A stretch of 64,000 bases of DNA from positions 1,883-65,882 of the forward strand of contig CBFHTA010000003.1 in assembly GCA_965658655.1 (NCBI GenBank), in the 5' to 3' direction. A program made the position numbers and the translations under genes. The stretch is from Candidatus Babelota bacterium (GTDB lineage: Bacteria > Babelota > Babeliae > Babelales > CAIQNR01). The notes beneath the pieces were generated by a model. It was not told where the DNA came from, searched no databases, and worked only from the letters and a program-made list of their open reading frames with translations. The stretch's first letter is position 1; the number at the start of each line of letters is the position of its first letter. Positions 1 to 7,541 of the stretch are shown piece after piece.

Positions 1-439
1 AACTTTGCAGAAACAGGGTCTAATTCGTGAACCAATTCATAAATTTTTAATGCTTTCTCTTCTTGCGAACCGGTTCCATGAATGCGCTCTATTTCTAGCA
101 ATGCATCGTACACATCTTTAATAGAAAGGTCTTTTGAAGCCTGCCACTGATATTTTTCTAGAACAGAACCAACATCTCCAAATTCTCGTACCTGTTGCTC
201 TATCTCATCTTCTGACACACCTACAACGCGAGCTACAATTTTCACCATGCTTTTTTGAGCAATAGCAAACTGTGTTCCAATGTAAGGAGGATTGAGACAT
301 CCAAGGGAAAGATAACAGAATTCACGAGCTTGTTCAGGAGATGCTTTTTTTAAAATATCAGCAAGAATTTCTGTAATTTCTAAACGAGAACTGATCGTAT
401 CTATTGTTTCGAATGCTTGAGAAACGGTTTTAAATTTCA
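1..439 (-). CDS. ATP-dependent DNA ligase, N-terminal part (gene runs off the window start)
   Basis: Own translation of the minus strand from ATG (rc) at 437-439: MKFKTVSQAFETIDTISSRLEITEILADILKKASPEQAREFCYLSLGCLNPPYIG...VREFGDVGSV. This matches the pattern of the N-terminal DNA-binding domain of LigI/archaeal-type ATP-dependent ligases. It is absent from the ORF track because it is truncated. Confidence 0.7.
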
Positions 440-562
440 TAAGTCTCTCTTTTTAAATCTAAGCCGCTCTATACAACCACCTTCAGTGTCCACTCGGGAT
501 GAACCGATATATTTTTTTCGAAAACATTCATCTAAAAAACTGGCCATGCCAGGCGAAAGACT

Positions 563-638
563 GGTGGCGATGCAGGGATTTGAACCCCGGACCTTCGGAT
601 TATGATTCCGCTGCTCTAACCAACTGAGCTACATCGCC
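563..638 (-). tRNA. tRNA with anticodon CAU (elongator Met or lysidine-modified Ile2), CCA encoded
   Basis: rc reads GGCGATGTAGCTCAGTTGGTTAGAGCAGCGGAATCATAATCCGAAGGTCCGGGGTTCAAATCCCTGCATCGCCACCA. It forms a cloverleaf with a 7-bp acceptor stem, a TPsiC arm GGTTCAAATCC and an anticodon loop ATCATAA. Confidence 0.9.
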
Positions 639-644
639 AATAAT

Positions 645-2198
645 TTAAATGCTTATTCTTTTTACCCCAGTGCTTAATGCAGCATTGAAGAGTGAACGCA
701 AGAAGAAAAGACCGGTTACTAGAGTAGAAAGTATACCTAACATCATAGTAACTGCAAATCCTTGAATTGGACCTGTACCAAATTTATAGAGTACAATCCC
801 CATCATAAGCGTGGTAATGTTCGCATCAAGAATCACAACCATAGCGTCTGAGAACCCTTCTTCAACCGCTTTTCTAAAGGTAATACCAGCTGAAAGAAGC
901 TCTCTGATCTTTTCATAAATTAAGATGGAGGCATCAATCGCCATACCAATCGTAAGCACCATACCTGCAATACCAGGAAGTGTTAATGTTGCTTTAACCC
1001 AACATAAACAGAACATGATAAGCATTAAGTTGTAACCCAATGCAACAAATGCAAAGAAACCACTTACTCTGTAATAGAACAAACTAAACACAAACAAGAG
1101 AGCTAACCCTATCAAGCAAGAATAAATACCCTTACGAATAGATTCTTGCCCCAATGATGGACCAATTCTACGTTCTTCTTCGAATGTTACAGGCGCAACG
1201 AAAGAACCTGATTTAAGCGCTGTTGCTAAATCCTGTGCAGATTCCCATGTAAAGTTCCCTGTAATAACACCGGTACTATGAATAGTAGATTCTACTCGCG
1301 GTGCAGAGATAACTTCACCATCAATAATAACTGCTATCTGTTTACCATGACTTTTACTTGTTAAGTCATAGAAACGATCCCCGCCATCTGGTTTAAATTC
1401 AAATTTAACAACCGGATCTGTTCCTGTCATGCCGCCCAAAGATGGTTCTGCATTTTTTAATTCTTTACCGGTTAAATCTGTGTAATCAGGAAGCAAGTAA
1501 TGTTCTTTTGGCTCACCATCACGTTTTTCTTCACTTGGTACAATAACCATACCTTCTGGCAATACACCATCAAAATCATCTAAAAGATCATCTTCTGTCG
1601 GTGCAGACTTTTCCACTTTTTTAATTTCTAAATGCGCCGCACGACCAATCATTTCTTTAGCACGAGCAGGGTCATCAACATTAGGAAGTTCAATGATAAT
1701 GTTCTTTTCACCCTGACGAGAGATAGAAACTTCTGCAACACCAGTCTTATCTAAACGTTTGCGCAATACTTCAATGTTACTTTGCACAGACCAATTCTTA
1801 ATATCTTGAGCCAAATGATCTGGCATAATCATTTTTATATGAGTGCCTTCACTTTGAACGGTCATCTCTGCGCTATGGCTCTTAAGATACTTAACTGCTT
1901 GTTGCACATCTTTATGTGTTTCAAAATTTAATATAACTGTTTGATTTTCTATGTTGTGACTTGCAACATCAAGACCATGATCACTTAAACGTCTGATGGC
2001 ACCTTGTAAGCGTTGCTGTAATTCAAGTTTAACAGCTTCATCAGTTTGCACTTGCAACGTAATATAAAAACCACCGACAAGATCAATCCCCAGTTTCAAA
2101 TGTTTTTGTAAAGGCATTACAAAGTATGATCCAACTCCCGCAAGAGCTAACCAAAAAACCAATCCGTATGCTGTTGTACGACTTGCTATACTCGACAT
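645..2198 (-). CDS. secD: protein translocase subunit SecD
   Basis: 517 aa. It has an N-terminal TM helix, a large periplasmic domain (LGIDLVGGFYITLQV) and a C-terminal 5-TM bundle typical of SecD. AAGGAG lies upstream of the ATG. Confidence 0.85.
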   Translation of the reverse strand: MSSIASRTTAYGLVFWLALAGVGSYFVMPLQKHLKLGIDLVGGFYITLQVQTDEAVKLELQQRLQGAIRRLSDHGLDVASHNIENQTVILNFETHKDVQQAVKYLKSHSAEMTVQSEGTHIKMIMPDHLAQDIKNWSVQSNIEVLRKRLDKTGVAEVSISRQGEKNIIIELPNVDDPARAKEMIGRAAHLEIKKVEKSAPTEDDLLDDFDGVLPEGMVIVPSEEKRDGEPKEHYLLPDYTDLTGKELKNAEPSLGGMTGTDPVVKFEFKPDGGDRFYDLTSKSHGKQIAVIIDGEVISAPRVESTIHSTGVITGNFTWESAQDLATALKSGSFVAPVTFEEERRIGPSLGQESIRKGIYSCLIGLALLFVFSLFYYRVSGFFAFVALGYNLMLIMFCLCWVKATLTLPGIAGMVLTIGMAIDASILIYEKIRELLSAGITFRKAVEEGFSDAMVVILDANITTLMMGIVLYKFGTGPIQGFAVTMMLGILSTLVTGLFFLRSLFNAALSTGVKRISI

Positions 2199-2258
2199 CT
2201 GTGCTCCTTAAAACATTCTGTTACTGTGGTACTTTTACTATCCTTTTTCAATAAGTTT

Positions 2259-2342
2259 TGCCGAAGAAGGGACTCGAACCCCCACGGGATTTCTCCCACA
2301 GCCCCCTCAAGGCTGCGTGTCTACCAGTTTCACCACTTCGGC
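2259..2342 (-). tRNA. tRNA-Leu (anticodon GAG), long variable arm, CCA not encoded
   Basis: rc reads GCCGAAGTGGTGAAACTGGTAGACACGCAGCCTTGAGGGGGCTGTGGGAGAAATCCCGTGGGGGTTCGAGTCCCTTCTTCGGCA. The anticodon stem-loop is CAGCC-TTGAGGG-GGCTG. End coordinates are +/-1-2 nt. Confidence 0.85.
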
Positions 2343-2428
2343 AAATAACGTATGGGAGCAATTTACCAGAATTTTTAAGGGTAAGCAAACTCAAAAATAA
2401 GTTTTTTATAGTACTTATTTGTACTGAG

Positions 2429-4351
2429 CTATCGCAATGTTCCTGGATTAAATGCATTTACTTTACTGGAATGGTGCTCTGAATGGCTTTCATGAGCAGG
2501 TCGTGGTGATTCATGGTGCATGACATCTGGATGCACATCACGTTTCATATTATGTAATTCATGAGAACCTTCTGGTGACCTACCATGCATAACAGATTTT
2601 GATGTTCTCAAATGTGATGGCGCTGTATGAGAAGGTACTGATGAATTAAAATGGTCTGTAATGTTACGTCGTGAACTAGAAGCGTGTGCCGGCCTGTGAG
2701 GCATATGTTCAACTGCATGCTCTTTCATAGGACGCATAGGGGTTTGACCAGAATGCATATCTACTGCTGGTGGATGTGGTAACGTTGCATGAGAAAGTGC
2801 TGGTTGAGGTAAAACTGTCTTTGGAACTGGTGTTAAATGCGATGGTTTATGTTTTGATGCATCATCAATACCAAGTACTTTTTTCTGTGCTTCAGTTGGC
2901 TTTCCAAAAACAGAATCTTCTATCTTTTTAGCTTCTTGTTGAACTAATTTTATATCTGGAGAAGTCTTTTCCCCTACTTGGTCAACCTCTTTTTCTAAAG
3001 GTGCAACGTCGGCATCTACTTCTTTTTGAAGTTTATCGTATTCTTGATCGCCTTCCCTTTTTAACTTTTCATATTCAGCATCGACTTCTTTTGTTTCTTT
3101 GACAAACCACACACGAACAGACTTTGGAAGATAAGAAACAAGCATATCTACAAATTTGCCAATTTTTTGGCCCAATGAATACCACCATCCTTTTTTCTGT
3201 TTTGCTTTTGATTCCTTCACTACTTTCTTTGCGGTTGGTACTTCATCTTTTTCTAAAATCTCTGCTTGCTTTACAAGATCGATGCCTTCATTTTTAAGAA
3301 CATTCATTTGAGAACTAATTTTTGAAGTATGATCATGAGCAGACTGAATAGTTTGATTAAAGTAAGTAGAGAACGCTCCTGAAATGTAGTCACTTACTTT
3401 TTGAACGTCTTTATGAAGACCTTCGGTGTCATAATAAAGTTTACGTGCTTCTTTGTCGTTTAATTCGCGAGCAATTTCTTTGAAGTTATCCCATGCTTTT
3501 TGTTCATATTGATTGCAAACATCAATTTGCTTAAAGAGCATTTCAAAAGCTTCATCGAGCTTTGCGTCTAACTCCTGAATAGCTTTTACATCAAGTTTAA
3601 GCTGCTCAAGATCACGCTCTTTACCTTTAAGTTTAAAAACAAAAGCTTGCTCACGTTTATTTAAATAACCTTGTTCTTTATGTTCTTTGTCCATTAAATC
3701 TTGTGCATGACTCAACAAATCACGTAATGGACCTTGCTCAATTCCAATCTCACTATAGAAAATATCAAGAGAACGATTGAGTTTATTGTATTCAGAAATA
3801 AACCGCATACGAGTGTCCATAACTTTGTTAAACTCTTCTTTAATTTGCTCGTATACTTCTTCAGTTTTTTCCCACCAAACACGTTTAAGCAACCAGTTTC
3901 CACCACTCTTTGCATTAATAGTGTCTACCGCATGATCTATAGATTCTTGTTCTTTAAAGTCTGTATCTACTCCACTCACAACATGCGTTGGTGCTTCAGG
4001 GCCATGATGTGTCCCTTCATGAGGCATGTTTAAATGACCTTCCATTCTATCATTGTTCGACATCCTTTGTGGATCATTACCTGACATTTTAGGCGCTGAA
4101 GGATTCCCGGGAGGACCCATTTTATCATTGCTCGGAATCATTTGTGGATCATTACCTGGCGTCTCAGGCGCTGAAGGGTTTCCAGGAGGACGCATTGCGC
4201 GATCAGGAGCCATTCCTCCAGGGGCAGGTGGTCCACCCCTACCATCTTCCATTCTTGGTGCTGGTGGTGGACTTACTGTTTCAACATTAACCGGAAACAA
4301 CAACGTTATAATCAGCATTTGCGCAAGCACTGCGCGCACTAACAATTTCAT
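2429..4351 (-). CDS. secreted hypothetical protein: Pro-rich repeats, coiled-coil core, His-rich C-terminus
   Basis: 640 aa. It has a hydrophobic N-terminal signal/anchor (MKLLVRAVLAQMLIITLLFPV), a duplicated GPPGNPSAP..GNDPQ unit, long K/E-rich helical segments and a His/Pro/Ser-rich tail (HESPRPAHESHSEHHSS). I recognise no family. Confidence 0.6.
   Translation of the reverse strand: MKLLVRAVLAQMLIITLLFPVNVETVSPPPAPRMEDGRGGPPAPGGMAPDRAMRPPGNPSAPETPGNDPQMIPSNDKMGPPGNPSAPKMSGNDPQRMSNNDRMEGHLNMPHEGTHHGPEAPTHVVSGVDTDFKEQESIDHAVDTINAKSGGNWLLKRVWWEKTEEVYEQIKEEFNKVMDTRMRFISEYNKLNRSLDIFYSEIGIEQGPLRDLLSHAQDLMDKEHKEQGYLNKREQAFVFKLKGKERDLEQLKLDVKAIQELDAKLDEAFEMLFKQIDVCNQYEQKAWDNFKEIARELNDKEARKLYYDTEGLHKDVQKVSDYISGAFSTYFNQTIQSAHDHTSKISSQMNVLKNEGIDLVKQAEILEKDEVPTAKKVVKESKAKQKKGWWYSLGQKIGKFVDMLVSYLPKSVRVWFVKETKEVDAEYEKLKREGDQEYDKLQKEVDADVAPLEKEVDQVGEKTSPDIKLVQQEAKKIEDSVFGKPTEAQKKVLGIDDASKHKPSHLTPVPKTVLPQPALSHATLPHPPAVDMHSGQTPMRPMKEHAVEHMPHRPAHASSSRRNITDHFNSSVPSHTAPSHLRTSKSVMHGRSPEGSHELHNMKRDVHPDVMHHESPRPAHESHSEHHSSKVNAFNPGTLR
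4049..4198. repeat. 75-bp tandem repeat x2 inside the 640-aa ORF (encodes the 25-aa GPPGNPSAP..GNDPQ..S.ND.M unit)
   Basis: Copies at 4049-4123 and 4124-4198 align without gaps and differ at roughly a dozen positions. Confidence 0.8.
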
Positions 4352-4380
4352 ACTCTGTACTCCCCACGGAACTTTTGATT

Positions 4381-4842
4381 CTACAATGTTTGGGCGAGTT
4401 CCTTCAGTTCTTCGATTAAGTTTTTAGAAAGCTCTTCTGCTTCCCAAGAAGTGTAACTCCACTTCACTCCAGAATCGACTCGAGACAACACTGAACGATC
4501 ACTCTTTATATCGATGATATCAATGCGAACCACATTGATCAATGGATGGACTTCAGAAGGAGCACGAACAACACCTGCTCGACCAAGAACACTGTACGCG
4601 ATATTGCCTTCTCCCATAAAGCAAAGCATCACTTTCTTCTGCCATACCATATTGTGATAACCAGCATGATCTTTATGAATAGAAATTAAAATACTTTCGA
4701 GTCCTTTGGGATAAATACATTGTAATGGTGTGGTATGAGGAAGTCCTTTTTCTGAAAAAGTTGCCAACACCCCAACTGTTTCGGTTTTTTTCAGCAATTC
4801 AACTAAATCTTCTGGAAGCTTTACACCAACATGCTTGGCCAT
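4381..4842 (-). CDS. possible pyridoxamine 5'-phosphate oxidase-like (FMN-binding split-barrel) family protein
   Basis: 153 aa with a beta-rich pattern (VGVLATFSEKGLPHTTPL ... VMLCFMGEGNIAYSVLGRAGVV) that resembles the PNPOx-like fold. The assignment is weak. Confidence 0.4.
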   Translation of the reverse strand: MAKHVGVKLPEDLVELLKKTETVGVLATFSEKGLPHTTPLQCIYPKGLESILISIHKDHAGYHNMVWQKKVMLCFMGEGNIAYSVLGRAGVVRAPSEVHPLINVVRIDIIDIKSDRSVLSRVDSGVKWSYTSWEAEELSKNLIEELKELAQTL

Positions 4843-4888
4843 AGTTCATAACCTTTTTGTAATTATAGCGCTCTAATCAATTTTTACC

Positions 4889-6103
4889 CTACACCGCAAG
4901 TTTAACTGCGATTTCATTTTCAACACTCAAAGCGGCTTTCGTTAAATAAAGCCGATCCCCCTTCTGTTCTATAAACTTTTTCTGTTTTAAAATGCTTGCA
5001 TTGTTAAAAAACTTTTCTCTTTTTTCTTCAGAGAGTCCTTCGATTGCTTGCGCAATCTCAACTCCCTTCATTTTTCTTAAACCCAACATAATAGTTTCAA
5101 ACCGCGCTTGATCTTGAGTTACTTTCTCTTTGTAATACAGCGCAGATGTTCCGTCCTTTAATGCATCTATATAACGCATTAACTGTTTCTCATTCTGAAA
5201 ACGATGTGCTCCATCAAATGACCACGCCCCTACTCCTATTCCTTTATAAAGCTTTCTGTCCCAATAAGCTTGGTTATGTTGCGATTCGTATCCTGGTTTT
5301 GCAAAACTCGAAACCTCGTATTGTTCAAATCCATGCTGAGCAAATGTATCAAGCGTCCAATAGTACAAATCAACTGTTTCATCATCAGGCGGTAATATCT
5401 CATTATTTCTTTGTAATTTAAAATATAATCCTGTTCCTTCATGAATAGATAGAAAGTACATGGATATATGCTGAATGGGCCAAGTCATAATTTCTTCTAC
5501 CTGTTTTTTCCACTGTTCAGCCGTAACCCCCGGCAAACCCACAATGAGATCAATCGAGAGCGAGTTAAACTTCCCGTTGGCCCACTTCATCAATTTTCTC
5601 ACATCATCTGCTTTCTGGTGACGATTCAATTTTGCAAGAACTGTATCATCTAAACTTTGAACTCCAATACTTAATCGGGTGATTCCAAGCTGTTTCCAAA
5701 GTTCCAATTGCTCTTGCCGGACCGTTCCAGGATTTGCCTCTATAGTTATTTCAGAGATCGAATCAAAATCAAACATATCTTTAAGTGTACCAAACGTGTC
5801 AAGTAGCAACTGATCGGGCCAAGTACTTGGCGTACCTCCACCAATATAAATAGTAGTAAGTTGCTGCTTAGCTTTAAGTTCCAATTGATACAATTTAAGC
5901 TCACGCATTAACGCTTGATGGTATTCATCCATATAACGATCCCAACCAGAAAAGGCCACAAACGGACAAAATGAACATTTATAAGGACAAAACGGCCAGT
6001 GAATATACAAGGACCGAGCTTTTAAGCCAAAACTCACGAAATACCCTTTATTTAGGTTTATTTGGAAGATTTTAAGGATACACCCTTTTAAGCTAATCGG
6101 CAA
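4889..6103 (-). CDS. hemW: radical SAM heme chaperone HemW / oxygen-independent coproporphyrinogen III oxidase-like
   Basis: It has a CPYKCSFCPF (CxxxCxxC) radical SAM cluster after LYIHWPFC, plus GGGTPS and a HemN-C-like tail. The true start may be the GTG near 6037 (MSFGLKARSLYIH). Confidence 0.8.
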   Translation of the reverse strand: MPISLKGCILKIFQINLNKGYFVSFGLKARSLYIHWPFCPYKCSFCPFVAFSGWDRYMDEYHQALMRELKLYQLELKAKQQLTTIYIGGGTPSTWPDQLLLDTFGTLKDMFDFDSISEITIEANPGTVRQEQLELWKQLGITRLSIGVQSLDDTVLAKLNRHQKADDVRKLMKWANGKFNSLSIDLIVGLPGVTAEQWKKQVEEIMTWPIQHISMYFLSIHEGTGLYFKLQRNNEILPPDDETVDLYYWTLDTFAQHGFEQYEVSSFAKPGYESQHNQAYWDRKLYKGIGVGAWSFDGAHRFQNEKQLMRYIDALKDGTSALYYKEKVTQDQARFETIMLGLRKMKGVEIAQAIEGLSEEKREKFFNNASILKQKKFIEQKGDRLYLTKAALSVENEIAVKLAV

Positions 6104-6117
6104 TAACCCCTACCCTA

Positions 6118-6145
6118 TTGACTTTCGACAGCAAATTATTACAAT
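6118..6145 (+). promoter_or_regulatory. sigma70-like promoter TTGACT-16-TACAAT upstream of the secreted-protein gene block
   Basis: TTGACT is at 6118-6123 and TACAAT at 6140-6145, followed by TAGAA. It lies 48 nt upstream of the ATG at 6193. Confidence 0.5.
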
Positions 6146-6192
6146 TAGAAATAATAAAGAATATGTAAAGAATTGGGAAATGGAGAAATTAA

Positions 6193-6645
6193 ATGAAAAA
6201 ACTATTATTAATTATGTTAGCGGGATTAACTGTAGTAAAAACTTGGGCAATAGTACCTATTCCTGCTACACCAGAAATTCGTCGGGAACGGTGGGCAGAG
6301 CGCACGACCCAACAACTCGAAGACATCAGGGCAATAATTGATCGTGACAACACAGCAATTGATCGTGAAAATGCAAGAAGAGATCGTGACAAAGCAGTAT
6401 TGTTTAAAAATGTAAGACACACTGCAATTGGAACAGCTGCTGTAGCATTCACTTTATTAAAAACAAACACCCCATCTGAAACATGTGGAAAAATAGTTGC
6501 CACTACTATACTCCCTGTAATGCTTTTCGTAGCAGTAGAGGATTGCGCTCCAAAATTAAAAAAGTGGGCAGAAGAATATTACATTAAAATGAGTCTGTCC
6601 TCTCTAGGATTAGGAGCAATGATAGCGTATAAAATAACGAAATAA
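6193..6645 (+). CDS. hypothetical signal-peptide protein with C-terminal hydrophobic segments
   Basis: 150 aa. It has the signal MKKLLLIMLAGLTVVKTWA, a DRDN/DREN/DRDK triplet repeat and 2-3 hydrophobic helices. GGAG lies 9 nt upstream. Confidence 0.6.
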   Translation: MKKLLLIMLAGLTVVKTWAIVPIPATPEIRRERWAERTTQQLEDIRAIIDRDNTAIDRENARRDRDKAVLFKNVRHTAIGTAAVAFTLLKTNTPSETCGKIVATTILPVMLFVAVEDCAPKLKKWAEEYYIKMSLSSLGLGAMIAYKITK

Positions 6646-6661
6646 AATAGATGAGGTTATA

Positions 6662-7186
6662 ATGAAAATTACAATTAAAGACGTTTTAAGAATTATACTC
6701 GCACTTAGCTGCGCAACAGCCACACAAATAAAAGCTGCCTCTTGCTTAGATCAAACGAAACAAAAATTATATGCTAATGAGCAGAAGCTACAGCAACTTT
6801 ATCTACGCGCTTGTAGTAATCGCACAAGAATCCTTAACTTTAAAAAACCAACAAAAAAAGTACATTTTTCATCTATTGCAAATGTAAGAAAAATATCCGC
6901 TAAAAGCACACTAGATTTAATCTTAGAGTATGGTTTTACAAAGAGTATAAAAAGGTTATGCCCATACACAGGCAAAACATACTTACAAAATAAACCAAAC
7001 GTTTCCACAAAGCTTATTCAGCTTTTAGAAAGAGGCCATAGTTTGTATCTTTTCAAAAGAAACTTACGTCATATTCCCACACAAGAAATCATTAGATCTT
7101 TAGAAAGTTATTTACGCTGCAATAGAAACGAAGAATTAACAGAACTATTAGGAGTATTAAAAACCGGTAATTATTACGAAGTATAA
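6662..7186 (+). CDS. hypothetical signal-peptide protein (basic, contains KKVHF)
   Basis: 174 aa with N-terminal hydrophobic ILALSCATATQIKAAS and GAGGT upstream. I recognise no family. Confidence 0.55.
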   Translation: MKITIKDVLRIILALSCATATQIKAASCLDQTKQKLYANEQKLQQLYLRACSNRTRILNFKKPTKKVHFSSIANVRKISAKSTLDLILEYGFTKSIKRLCPYTGKTYLQNKPNVSTKLIQLLERGHSLYLFKRNLRHIPTQEIIRSLESYLRCNRNEELTELLGVLKTGNYYEV

Positions 7187-7203
7187 AATAAATGGAGGTT
7201 ACT

Positions 7204-7437
7204 ATGAATAAGAAGATAATACATTTGGTGCTTTTACTAGGAGCCACTCAAGCTCTTTTTGGTAATGACGCGGAATATCAAAATTTTTTAAGAAAAAACA
7301 TTAAAGCTATAATCGAAAAAATCGAAATAAAAATAACAAAAGAAAATAAATACGAACAGCTAGATAAGTGCGTTACTACAAAACAACTTGAAGCATTACT
7401 TGGAGAATTAAATAAAAAGCTCGCACAAAAAAAATAA
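7204..7437 (+). CDS. small hypothetical secreted protein
   Basis: 77 aa from MNKKIIHLVLLLGATQALFG. GGAGGT lies 7 nt upstream. The track ORF start at 7192 sits inside the SD. Confidence 0.55.
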   Translation: MNKKIIHLVLLLGATQALFGNDAEYQNFLRKNIKAIIEKIEIKITKENKYEQLDKCVTTKQLEALLGELNKKLAQKK

Positions 7438-7541
7438 GCTCAATTTGGCAACCAGTTGAGGTTTAAAAGAAAAAAAGTACGCTTTAACTATCATAAAGTG
7501 GAAGTTACATTTGGCATATGTTTTTAATGGAGGTTTTAAAC

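Noticed and set aside
417-605. 62-aa plus-strand ORF
   Set aside because: It overlaps the ligase start region and runs into the tRNA-CAU gene, so it is not plausible as coding. The same applies to the ORFs at 2248-2482 that cover tRNA-Leu.
563-638. Either CAU tRNA (563-638 or 23441-23517) as the initiator tRNA-fMet
   Set aside because: Both have a Watson-Crick 1:72 pair (G-C) and lack the three consecutive G-C pairs at the bottom of the anticodon stem. They are therefore elongator Met and/or Ile2(CAU). I cannot tell which is which without identity-element or covariance scoring.
4053-4427. 124-aa plus-strand ORF with Gly/Pro repeats
   Set aside because: It is the mirror image of the Pro/Gly-rich 75-bp repeat of the 640-aa minus-strand gene. 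It has no start context and runs into the neighbouring gene.
7192-7203. In-frame upstream ATGs (ME.. extensions at 7192, 7518/7530, 18866, 60744, 61076, 30834) as true start codons
   Set aside because: The ATG is part of the ATGGAG Shine-Dalgarno box itself. Using it would leave no SD and would put acidic residues ahead of the signal peptide n-region. In the genes at 6193 and 13761 the equivalent ATG is out of frame.
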